Positions 1 through 11,481 of a stretch of DNA of 64,000 nt are shown one piece after another (the first letter of the stretch is position 1; every line of letters begins with the position of its first letter). This DNA comes from Lingula anatina (Eukaryota; Animalia; Brachiopoda), in NCBI GenBank assembly GCA_051362555.1, contig CM120647.1, forward strand, positions 17,708,651 through 17,772,650, in the 5' to 3' direction. The position numbers and the translations under genes were made by a program. The notes below the pieces were generated by a model. That model was given only the letters and a program-made list of their open reading frames with translations. It made no database searches and had not been told where the DNA came from.

Positions 1-2403
1 AAATACGTTTTAACTCGACCAATTGTTTAACGACAAAGACCGTTACGTGAATTGCCCCTTCTTAACAGTTACTTAACATTACTTGCACAGCCACCGGAGT
101 CTCTTGATCTTAGAAATCACCTCTGGGCCGTCTAGATGTTCGAAATCGTCCTTCTCACCTTCACAGTACCAGTGTTTACCGTATTGCACCAAGACGCATT
201 GGTTGGCTGTGTAAAGACTGCTTTAGGCAGCACTCTCACAACCACATACAGACCAAGAGGACATATGAAACCATTGAGATCCTCCAAATGTCAACATGAG
301 GTGAGGAGAGAGAGGGGTGCGGCGGCACGCGACATGTTCATTCACGAGGAAAACGTGGACTGTACTACCGTGAAGTTGGATTAGTTTTATTGATATTTGC
401 TATTTATATTGCTGTTCGAACAGTATCACCATTTGTCTGATTTATTGGGTTTGTTTTTCTTTTATTGGCTGTAAAAATGCGGTCGATAAATTTTCACATT
501 ACTCCCGCAGTATTTCTGATCAGTATTAGGTTGAATAGGTAATACTTTTTTTCGATCGGGTGGCTTATTACTTATTTTCGATATCTGTACAGAAAAACTC
601 CTTTTTAGACTAAGATAACTTCACAGTGCCCCATACCCACGAGCTTGAATAAGAACTTTCAAGATCAGGGCAAAAACCAATAACATTATCGACTTCATCA
701 CAGGGGTATCTTTAAAAAATAAAAAATAAATCACCAAAGGATAAACATCGTGCCTGTAACCCCTACTGCTTGGGCCCCATATTAACCCACTCTTCGGCCC
801 TTCCCTACCACAACAAACTCCACCACTCACTAGTCAACAATAGACAAATGTCAGCCATTTTACCCCGCCGTGTATAGGTTTCTTATGAAAATCGATTTTC
901 ACGGGTCGTTATGCTTGGTTATTGTTCGCTATTGTACGTTTTCGTTTCCCCTTTAAGCTGACATGCATTCACGCGCGCACGTTCTATGGCAAGGGTGATG
1001 GAGGGGAAAGAGTTTGCCTTGTTGACGATTCGAGTTATAAAAGTTTTCCGCAACATTGAACAACATTTCCATGATCTCGTTCAGAGTCGGTAAATTACGT
1101 AAGAATTCGGAGTCCGTGATCGGAATTTTAAATGATTGAATCGATGGACTGATACTGAATTATTGTCATTGAACTCGCCTAATTTAACAGTTGGTAAAGA
1201 GATTATGTTTCACAACGGGGGTGGTTTATTAAGAAAAATAAATTGATTGTCCCAAGTCATCTTTGATTTTGATTTAAATAATTTCATGGCATGATCGTGG
1301 CCAGTAAAATATGTATGAGAGAACATTTTGGATCAAACAAAACACTGACCATTAAAATTAATTTTGGACACATTAAGAAGCCTTAAACTGGTGCAGTCAC
1401 ATGTCAAGATCAAAATGAACGCCCTTAATGAGTTCAAATGGATTCTGCCACAAGGTGCACGTTACAGGTGCGTTGCTTTGATTGCATGATACCCCACAAG
1501 ACGAAGGCGTTACAATATATACACTGAATACATTAATATCCAAGCTAAACAGTGAAGGAAGACAAACCGTTGCATAACTGTCGTATGATAAGGCTTAATT
1601 TGCTCTTCCGAAGCGTCTTAAGATGTCTAATAACTGGATGGGGATATTGACTTAGAGATAAAAGTACTTGAAGCGTATAACACGCAGGCAAACGCGCCAC
1701 CACTGAATTTAACATTTGGTTTGTGTATTTAGGGGGAAGGATTTTTTTTAAATGATGAGAGGTCATTCTGTCTGAATAGACCACCAAAATGTCTTTACAT
1801 TTTGATGTGTAGGTGAATGAAAGGAAATGCGCTGTAAGGAATTTGAGATAGAAGTCAAGTCGCTTTATTAAAGTAGGGTTTTGGCCAAAAAGAAACAAGC
1901 AAGTTATAACAATATAAAAATAGAAGAATATTAGAGTTTTTTAAAAATGGTGATAATCTGTGCTGGCTACAACCCCCCCCCCCCCCCCCCCCCCAATCGC
2001 TGGTTTAAGACGGTTATTACTATACAAGTTGCTATTTAAGAATTACACAGAGAAAAACTCTGTTAAATCACCGATGGTAATGCGTTATATGATCTGCAGT
2101 TTGAAATACGAATCAACGTCATTCCACCACAATGAACGTGTGAAATCCTTTCCAGATTGTTTTTATTATCTGAATTCACGTCGAAGTATTCACGTCCCAC
2201 GCCGAATCAATATATACAGCTTGTATATAGGTAAAGAAAATATTGACAAAACCGTTGGCTTAACTGTTGTTGAAAGGTTGTGATTCTTGTTTGCATTTTG
2301 TTAGAGAGATGTGATGTTAGTGAGTGTTAAGCGTCTTATTTTCTGTTCACACGATCTTCGGTTGGATCGCCGTTATCCCGACTACGGTCACGATCTAGAT
2401 TAA

Positions 2404-2740
2404 AGGGATAATAACTCTTTGTTTCGGCCAAAAAATTAATTTTCCTGGTGTAAACAACAATTTTCCCATACTTACCAATGGTAAATGAATCCATTTTTAC
2501 ATTCAAAGTTAGTCCCTGTTTTTTTTCTAAAAAGTTTGGTTTTTTGTTAAAATCTCTTAAGAGATTTTAACAGAGTATAGCCATCAGTGGAGGTCACGTG
2601 GTCTAAAGACAAGCTCAGATATCAGAATAATAGTTATAACTGCCGTTTTTGTGGTAAAACAGAATATATTACATTTCTACGAGTTATTCACAATGTTTTT
2701 ATTGTGAAATATAGATCTCATACGAAGAGTTATTATCCCT
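2404..2740. mobile_element. Non-autonomous DNA transposon with TTAA target-site duplication (Kolobok-like MITE)
   Basis: TTAA|AGGGATAATAACTCTT ... AAGAGTTATTATCCCT|TTAA: perfect 16-bp TIRs starting with a purine pair. Internal 26-bp palindrome GTTAAAATCTCTTAAGAGATTTTAAC. A related copy lies inverted at 23659-24260. Confidence 0.8.
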
Positions 2741-5282
2741 TTAAATGCTTGCGTACGCAGTCACGGAATCTTCTTCTTCTCATTATTATTATTTGCCTGC
2801 TCTTGCGTTGTCTTGGTGGTTAAGTCCCTATTACACAAATTATGACCCACAATATAAGAAATATGGAACAAAATAAATGCTGCAATATTTTATCCACACT
2901 AAGTTATACAGCTTATGTTGATTATGAAATATTGTGAAAACCCTTAATTTGGAGGGGTATGAGTGGGCAAAGATTCGTTCTCGAAGGGGAGGCAAGTGGC
3001 GGTGTAACTGTCTTGAAAAAAAAGTCAATCATTCATCGTTTTTTCTTTTCATCCCCGGCAAAGAAGTGTCAAAATATCAAACCACACCATATGTACGTTT
3101 AATCAAATCGACGGAATACAGTTTTTGAAATTGTGCCGTGTTTTCCAAGAGTATTGCCGTGTTTAATCTTGTAATGAATCCCGATTGCAATAAGTCGCGA
3201 CTTGATTGCATTTCCGCATTCTGTAGATCCTTTGGGAATCAGTTGAACTCGGTGTGAGTGGAATCGCGGCATGTGAACAGGGTTTCAAGTCATAAAGCAA
3301 AATTGTTGACTTGTTATTATTAGGGCAAACTTGTGTCAGAATCTGTAAAAGAGTTTTGATAGAAAGTACACATACTCACTAAGGCGAAAGGTTTTGACGT
3401 AACTGTGTGAACAAGACAGTGAGTAAAGTTAGTTAGATCACGTAACACCTCTTGAGGTTTAGAATTATATTGAGATTTACAATACCGCTCTCAGTTCCCA
3501 GGGAGGTGCAAGAATTTTGGGGAAAAATAACACCGACTGTGAGCGGTTCAGCAGGGGAGGTCTTTCTAAACATTTGAGTTGCACAAAATTGAACGTAGAG
3601 AAACGTCTTATGGTCCGGCACGAGATATTTTGGAGCGGTACCTGTCAAGTGCTGGATGCCACAAGTAGTGGTATTAATTAGGAGAGAAACAGAAAAAATA
3701 TTACGAGATCATTAAGCATATTTATTTTAAACAGGGCTCATCAGTGACCAATCAAGTTAGAAAGATTTTGTATAGGGCGTATAGCAATCCCATTCGTAAA
3801 TAAACTTTTACGGTTGCTAAGCACATAGATTGTTAAGGGTGACTTCTTCATTTCAGATTAAAGGTTCAATGTATGTAAAACGATACCTTAAATCAAACCT
3901 ATACCCCGCATATTAAAGTCGTAAAAATGTAGAGAAAACGCGTAGGCAAACGACAGAAGAAAAAACCACCACTGAAAATATTTACTAAAAGGTATAACCC
4001 TGCTTTGTTCTTCATTCACCCTACGGGTGTAACGTACCTTGGCTCCAATGAACCACAAAATTGTTTAAACCCCTTTTTTTGCCAAATATTATTACTATCC
4101 ACTTTATATCCGCAATCAGACGCTTTATGTCAATATCATACTTAACAAAAAGGAGTTTTAACCGGTGCAAAATAAGCGTTTTTTATTGCTGGTGTGTTTT
4201 CATATTAAATACAAGGTCAGAACAATTGGAGGACCTCTACCAGATGAAATTATATCCACACAAAGAAAGTGTACCTGATTAAGGCCACTTGCGTCAATCG
4301 GTGTAAGGCAGCTCTAAAAAATTTGAAAGTCTCATTTTTGTCATGTTTACCCTTTTGGGTCTCCGTTACTGGTGCATTATTTCTTAATTCGAGAGGCGGT
4401 TTTTTATGTTTATTTGTTTGAAAATTCTCGTGCTTAGTTACGTTTCGACTACAAAATCTAGCCGTCATCAAATCCTCCTCCCCCAATAAATAATGAAGTG
4501 ATTTAAACCAAACGAAGGTTTAAAAGTTAGGCCTGGGGGTTTACGTTTATCAGAAGTAAGCACAAATTAGAAGTTGTCCTTAATGAATAAAAAGTTAAAT
4601 TTTATCTCTCTCTCTCTCTCTTTCTTTAGGTATCTTGTCTTTGCAAGACGTGGTTTGTCATGGACCTCCACGATTCCCTTTCTTGAAATCTAGATGATCT
4701 CAGAACTGCTACACATGACACACCCAGAAAGAGATATCAATTATTGACAAAGCTGACACGTAGTCTTCCTCTGCCTATCTTTCCTTTGATTTTCCCTGAG
4801 ACCGCTAAACACTCCAACCCTCCTTTCCTCATCGCGTGTTCAAAAACACTAACTAACAAAAAACCTTTTAAATTTTCTGTATAAGAGAATCGATTGTTTT
4901 ATTTTATGGACTTCTATTAATTAATGTCAAATTAATGTCGAGAAAATTTTAGAACTATGGCAAATGTTGTAATTATAACATGATCAACCAAAGATTATCT
5001 CATTAAACGGAGTATGACACATCTATTATACATATAGGTGGAACCAGGCACGTTTTGCCTTGGTTCAGGAGTTTGTGGTGATTTGTGGTGTTTCAGTGAC
5101 TTGTGGCGATTCAGTTGTACTTCCTAGAAGTTGAAGCGGGGGATGTGATCTCGTTCTGTACGCTAGCCGTTTATTCATACTTAACACTTTTCACAGCGAT
5201 TAAAATGGCGATTGTGCTAGTTGGTCATTTTGAACAAAATCTGGTAAATTACGAGAGTTCGAAATGAAATCATTAATTATTT

Positions 5283-5340
5283 TAATTCATTATACCCAAT
5301 ATATAATGAGTATTCATTATATATTGGGTATAATGAATTA
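5283..5340. repeat. AT-rich perfect inverted repeat (27-bp arms, 4-nt spacer)
   Basis: TAATTCATTATACCCAATATATAATGA-gtat-TCATTATATATTGGGTATAATGAATTA. Confidence 0.9.
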
Positions 5341-6035
5341 TTTATTACACATTGGGTTTACAGAAATCTTGAGTGCGAGGCGTCTTTCAATATAATACGC
5401 CATTCAAGTGAACGAGCCAGACGAAGTCGATAATTGTTTAAATTCTGTCATTTGTCCATTGAGAACAAACTGGTATCGACACGGTATTGGATAGATTAAC
5501 ATTATATATACACAAAATATCAATATACATATATAATTACACACAAATTGAAATCAAATAATGTTCTCAGTGACCGCGTCGGCCATTTCAACAAAAGGGT
5601 CTAATATTATAGTGATATATGTATGATAATATATAAATATCTTATAAAATCTAAAAAATTTAATATGTATATATACACATTCACCGGACTTGAAAAAAAG
5701 GCACAAGACCAACTTAATTTTGAATATAGCCTTTAGTCAATAAGAAAATCAAACCTTACTAATTAAATAATTTAAAAAAACGGTAAACCAGTTCCTTTCG
5801 TCTTCAAAGGCCGGTTGTATTCATGTCTCGTATTCGAGGACATTTTTGGAATAATTATATTTAATGTTATACTCTAAAGATTTCTTTTTGATATTAACCA
5901 AAGTACTTAAAAGTCCCCAGTCGAACAAGACCAAAGTACTATGTTTAAATCAGAATAAGGTGTGTATTTACTTTGAATAGACAGCCATATCAGACTTTAT
6001 ATAAAACTGTCACGTGAAAAGTGACCAATACTCAC

Positions 6036-6101
6036 CACGACGCTCAAGGTGTCTTTCTCCTTTTCTTCCGGCACCGGTCTAGCAACGACACTCTCGGCCA
6101 T
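6036..6101 (-). CDS. Probable first coding exon of an unidentified gene running off the left edge (MAESVVARPVPEEKEKDTLSVV)
   Basis: ATG in good Kozak context (AACATGG), 22 codons, then a consensus donor GTG|GTGAGT. A pyrimidine-rich acceptor lies upstream (~6335) and a candidate 5'UTR-exon donor GAG|GTAAAG at ~7837. No downstream exon was identified. Confidence 0.5.
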
Positions 6102-9100
6102 GTTAGTAATTCCACAACGCCCTTGTTAATTTCCAGTTACTCTCTGACAAATAATCCCAATAATCCACTTGTTAAATACACATCTTCTCTAAAAGGCCAA
6201 GGCTGAAAGTGACGTAAAGATCCAAAAGGGTTTGCTGCTACAATGAATATGAAATCTCTAGTATCCTTAATCCTCAGTCAGTTTCTTGTTTTCATGGTTT
6301 CCCACTCACTTTAAATGTCATCTGAAGCAAAAATCTGAAACAAAAATCATTCACTGTTACGATTCCTTTCGTTTTTCACTTTTACACGTTTGAAAACTGT
6401 GAATTCCTACAAAATTTACGTATTTAAGGAAATCTTACATTTTAACCAACACTGACCGTAAAGTCAATGTAGAATTGCTGTCACTCCTCCTCCGCCCTAT
6501 AACAATCAATAGTAATAAACAGACGTTCACCCTGAACGACGTCCGAGAACTACATGCACGTACACCATAAAAACCCACAGCATATTGGGAAACTTGCGGC
6601 GCATTTCTAATCTGGTTGAAACGGTTCAACTTAGTACAGCCCGATCTCAGCAGACCGTTTGATTATATATTAAGTTGAACCGTAACAGGTGAACTGTAAA
6701 GACGACTTTTTATTCATACAGTGTAGTCTTGTCTTATTAATAAACTCTCTAGCGTGTAGAACACAGTCCACGTCATTAATACCTGCAAAATTCCTTACCT
6801 CTAAAGGTTTAATTTACGCGTCGACGAATATTTCCAGCGTGAAAACCGTCAAAAATGTCTTAAAGGCACATTCATCCCAACATCAGCGACTTCTTATCTT
6901 CAGGTATGATAACTTGAAGAGAACAGCTGTGCTATTGTAGCCTAATCTGCTTGTTGTCTTGTTACGTCGCGACCCATCGTCTAAGTAAACTCTCTAGCGC
7001 GTTCATATCGAGATTTGGTGCACAGAGCTTTAACTATACACCTTTTTCCTTAAAACAGACCCTTTCTGTTTGGCAGATTGCTATCTTTCAATAGCTTTTC
7101 TATCTTTTTTATACTATAAAACATTTTAAGGTTTTAATTTCTAAATTTAAGGCGATAAATTTCGACTGTTGAAACTGTAAACTATCCAACTTTTAACAAA
7201 TAACATCGCACATAATACAAGTTTTGTCCTCAGAAGATTTCGAGAACCCAATCCTCCAGATCCTAAAAGATGTCAGTTGGCACCAAACTTCTTGTAAAAC
7301 TGATCAAGCATTTTACATCAGTCTCTCAATATATCATTATTATTCACGCTTCACCATCTTTCATATGATTCACGGATGGTTTATTCAAAGGATCCAATAT
7401 TGCTGCGTTAATTCCATTTGTTAATAAAACGAATATAAAACAGCGCGCCAGTAACAAAAAATATCGCTTTCACGAAAACAAACATTAATCCTGGAATTAT
7501 TATTTTACGTGAAAGGGGTCTTGTCCACTGATTTCATTCAGTAATGTGATACATTCTTGGTTTAATATTCTGGAAGAGATGTATTTTTTGTGTCCTGTCA
7601 CCTACATCGTCACCATTCTATTTAGCTTATAAACTACCCAGTTATATCGTCAGTAACATCCTAAACTGGTGTCAGTAAAAGCCATGAACAAACTATGATT
7701 TTTAAGTCAAGCAAGACATTTCTGTTGAATTAAAATAATAATAATTTCAAAGACAAGCTGGTCACTTCTGACAATTATAAAACCCTTTCCTTTTTCGGAT
7801 GTCGCATTTTATCTCCAAAATGATAAACATACTTTACCTCTGGCGTACTAACACTCACACCACTTCACGCACATCCACTGATGTTTATCGTAATGACCTA
7901 TGACGTGTAGACGTCTTCGATCCCCAAACTACACATCAAAACAAACGACGTCTTTCTCGGCGAGATCTGTTTTGTCTGACACCTACCGTTTGTCTCTACA
8001 CCGACTCATTTCCTTCCCCACCTCGTCCACATAGAAACAGAAACCAACACCGCTCTCCCATCAGCACTCTGTTGACAAAGCTTAACGCGTCTTCTTTTTC
8101 TAAGATTATTGTGTCGGGCTTGTTTCTATACGTTCACATCCGATACGTTTACGGCATCAAATAAAAACTTTCGAGTCCAATAGAGGCTGTGTTCACACAG
8201 CTGATACTTCTGAATCGATCGACTCTAGGGTCAAGTGGGTTCGTTCACACTTGTTTATACCGGCGCACACTGCGAGGAGAGAGCTGAGCTACCTGTCTCT
8301 TGATATTTGAGTAGCCGTTCGAGAGATGAGTGTGAAATGACTTGAAATATGACCCCCACCCCACTGCCCCCATCAAAAAGGCTGCAACGAGTTCAGCTTC
8401 CAGCGCCTCCGTGGTAGTTTAGGATATCTACATTTCCAGGAATAAGCAAACGATTAACTGAATTTATTCGACATTTTTGACTGTCTCAGGGGATTTCATT
8501 TAAACTCACTTAGTAATTGACCCACCATGGGTAATACAGACCGTGCTGCATCCTCTGCTTTAACAATTAAAAAAGGCAAGTAATACAATTGAGCAAAATA
8601 ATTTTACCGATTCAGGACCTCCAAAGTTCGCCCCCTGTGAACGTGTCCTAATGTAGCTAATATACTCCTCATTGTATCAACTGTTTCCAAAGCGAGGACG
8701 AACAATTCAGATAGTTTGATGTTATTGAGTACCTTATGTCAACTTCACTGCTGTTGAGGACTTTGTATGGGTATTGCCACTTCCTATAGGTGCTTTTACG
8801 TATTGATCGCTGGATCCATGGGAGCAGACGACAGACCCGAAAGGGTTTACTTAAAAACCGGAATAAATTTCTAATACCGGGAAATGAAGTATTCGTTAAA
8901 CCTTTATCACGAACAGGCTAAATCAAATATTTTTTAATTTTTGCCAAAAGAACACAAATGTTTCATCCATGAATATTTTTTCTATGGCTTAGTCTTTATA
9001 TTCAGTGGGTGTTATAAGATGCCGGATTGATCTGGAGCGCTATGGTACGCGTAGTTAAGAAAAGCACTGCACCGCCCCTTGTGATTGGGTAAAATATATG

Positions 9101-9456
9101 TACTTTATATTTCAATAAGCTTAACGAGGTGTGAAATCATTTTAATCGATTTAATAATATCTGGATTTTTTTTTTTTTCTTTTGAATAAAAGTTTCATGT
9201 ATATTGCATTTCTCAAATATACATTAAGGGGATCGAAAAGCTAACTCAACAGATAAGAAAAGGTACATGTTATCTCTTAACTAAAATCATGCAGGTCGGT
9301 CGGCATTATTTTATAGGAGAGGGGTGGCTGAAAAAAGACTTTTTAACCGTGAAACCACGCATTTGTAGCTTAATTTGAATCAGTTATAAATCAGAGTGAA
9401 CGTTTTCCCGGTCAAAATGCCGGTTTATAAGAACTCTTCACCGTCCCCCTCTCTTT

Positions 9457-9460
<4 letters not shown>

Positions 9461-9522
<62 letters not shown>
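9461..9522. repeat. Compound microsatellite (CT)n(CA)n
   Basis: Direct reading of the sequence. Confidence 0.95.
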
Positions 9523-9525
<3 letters not shown>

Positions 9526-10168
9526 TAAGGACCTGTAGTGTGTGTGTGTGTGTATGTGGGACATGTTCTTTTAAAAACACGAAGTGTACTTTATCTCAGC
9601 CAAATCGGATTTGAATTAATTCCAGAGCTTGCGTTTAACAGACCCTTAATGACACTCATTGTCCTGATACGTGTTAATGTATTTGTTCTTGGAGATGGTA
9701 AATGTCGTGAGTTTTAATGTCTACTTGCAGTAGGTCTCATAATTGATCGTGACTGCGGTTTGTTTTCTTTGCGTCACTGCGTTCCTTTATAGAGAAATAA
9801 CATATCTATTGAACCGCACTGTTTAGTTAATTAAGCTTTAAAAATTAACCCGTTTTTCTTATAAATCCATCATACCGGTCTCACTTCGGCGTGAACTAAA
9901 ATGGAGAAATCCATTGCTTTAGTTGCGCGGGAGAGAAACACGTCATTGCGCTTGCTGAGAACCCCCGAGCTCCACCGTTAAACGGATTAAATCTCGACTC
10001 CGAGGTTTTTAAAAATTAAAATTTTAAGGCCCCTGCAGCGACGGTGCATGTGGAGGCGGCGAGACCATAACGAAATTAGCGGCATCGCTTTTGAAGTAGG
10101 GTCCGCCATATTTAGTCGGCGGATCAGTTAGTACTCGGATCATCTCTTCTGAATTGCACCAAATATAA

Positions 10169-10393
10169 GACCCCATTCCCATAGATTATAGATCGATCTA
10201 TCCCTGTGGGAAGTCTCACTAGATTACTGTCAGCTTAGCCGGCTTAAGCGTCTATCCCGCCTACTTAAAGCTTTAAGGGGGTAATTAACTATGGTGCGCG
10301 CTCGGCTGACTGCAATTTAGCGTGAACCCCCAGGGAGTTAGGTCGATCTAAATCTAGATTTCTGAATCGATCTGAATCTTTGGGAATGCACCC
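10169..10393. mobile_element. PIF/Harbinger (Tourist-like) MITE
   Basis: Imperfect TIRs GACCCCATTCCCATAGATT / AATCTTTGGGAATGCACCC flanked by TAA/TTA. Internal sequence (GGGAAGTCTCACTAGATTACTGTC...AGCGTGAACCCCCAGGGAGTTAGGTCGATCTA) is shared with 27111-27325 and, more diverged, 37604-37838. Confidence 0.75.
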
Positions 10394-10427
10394 TTAGGCA
10401 TATAGCAGACGGAAAGCAGGTGGTTGC

Positions 10428-10699
10428 AGTGGCGGATTGAGAGGGGGGGGGGTCTTGGGGGTCATGACCCCCCCCCCCCCCCCCCTTCGATATTTGAAAA
10501 AAAAACTTCTTGAAATTAAAAAATTTGACTACGTGAATCATGGTTCTGAACTCTACCAAATGGCACCGTTGGCCCTCTAAAATACCAAAATTTCCCCGAA
10601 CTCTTCAGCGGGCCCCCAAACACAAGTCAAGGAAGGGGGGTCAGCTTCGCATCCGCGGAATCCTTCACCCCTTCAAATAATCCTGGATACGGCCCACTG
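10428..10699. mobile_element. G/C-tract MITE with CAGTGGCGGAT...ATACGGCCCACTG ends
   Basis: Imperfect TIRs, poly-G/poly-C tracts, and a motif (GCTTCGCATCC) shared with the insert at ~23220-23400. No clear TSD. Confidence 0.5.
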
Positions 10700-11238
10700 A
10701 GAAGACTGCACTCTAAGATGGAAGGTCAGCATAACGTGCATGGCGCCATGCCGGTTTCGCTTTTGACTCAATTCAATTTTGAGCTGTTGCGTGGCTGTTA
10801 AAGGATAGAGATCTGCAAAAAGTTATTAAATCGATCACTTTTTATTTGCAAAATACGTTTAATTCAAAATTGCTTATTGCACCAGTTATTACACATTTGA
10901 ATGTTTTTTCCTCTCTTCTTAGGGTCTCGCTAAAACTAAAACACGTCTGTTGTGAACCGCCTTTGATCCCATTGCACTCTTTAATGTCATGGGTACAGCC
11001 AAATCAATCTTAGTATAAAACAAACTCCGAGCTCCGTGTTGCGTTCTCAAACACGCACGGCTTTCTGTACATCATGAATTTTACCGTTCATGATAAACGA
11101 TGGTCGGGGACTGGGGTTGCGTTGGATGATATGCAGCGCCCGGATTATCGATTGGGATAGCAGATATACACATGTACATCCAACCTGGCCCTCCCTGTCA
11201 AGGTTGAAAGATTCCATCGGATCCAAAGAATCAATGAA

Positions 11239-11332
11239 GCTGGAGTGGCTCCGTGGTAACTTTGCTGTCTCGTGTACAGCAAGACGCTGATACGCTGGTT
11301 CGAGACCCAACGAATGTAGTGCCTTTTTTTTT
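11239..11332 (+). ncRNA. Pol III-type small RNA candidate (tRNA-Thr(CGT)-like or vault-RNA-like), copy 1 of 9 in the array
   Basis: A box TGGCTCCGTGGT, hairpin TTGCTGT-ctcgtgt-ACAGCAA, B box GGTTCGAGACCC, oligo-T terminator. Other copies start at ~12614, 13987, 15380, 16774, 18164, 19553, 20786 and 22177. D and acceptor stems are poor, so it is not a canonical tRNA. Confidence 0.5.
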
Positions 11333-11377
11333 CAGAATTAAATTTTAAACCCTCCGTAACTACGGAGGGTGGGCGGG

Positions 11378-11481
11378 TCCGTCACGGTGCAGTCGGTAGC
11401 GTGCTTGGATGCAAATGAGACACCCAAAGAGCCACCAACCATGGCAACGCAAAGTCACGAGTTCGAATCCCGGATGAGGCA
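11378..11481 (+). pseudogene. tRNA-derived (Asn-like) element or SINE head with an insertion after the anticodon loop, copy 1 of 8 in the array
   Basis: A box CGGTGCAGTCGGT and B box GAGTTCGAATCC separated by ~30 extra nt. Homologous to the inverted copy at ~22684-22786, which reads GGCGCAATCGGTAGTGCGCACGGCTGTTAA like eukaryotic tRNA-Asn(GTT). Deleted in unit 7. Confidence 0.5.

Noticed and set aside
80-384. ORF 136-384 (+) and a protein-like minus-strand frame (…YGKHWYCEGEKDDFEHLDGPEVISKIKRLRWLCK*)
   Set aside because: No recognisable homology and no convincing pair of splice sites or start codon; cannot be tied to the exon at 6036-6101.
621-830. Hydrophobic MKSIMLLVFALILKVLIQARG as a signal-peptide exon
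   Set aside because: Weak donor and no supporting downstream exon; compatible with chance in AT-rich DNA.
11239-11481. Calling the two elements functional tRNA-Thr and tRNA-Cys genes
   Set aside because: Acceptor, D and T stems do not pair properly and there are oversized insertions; kept only as tRNA-like elements.
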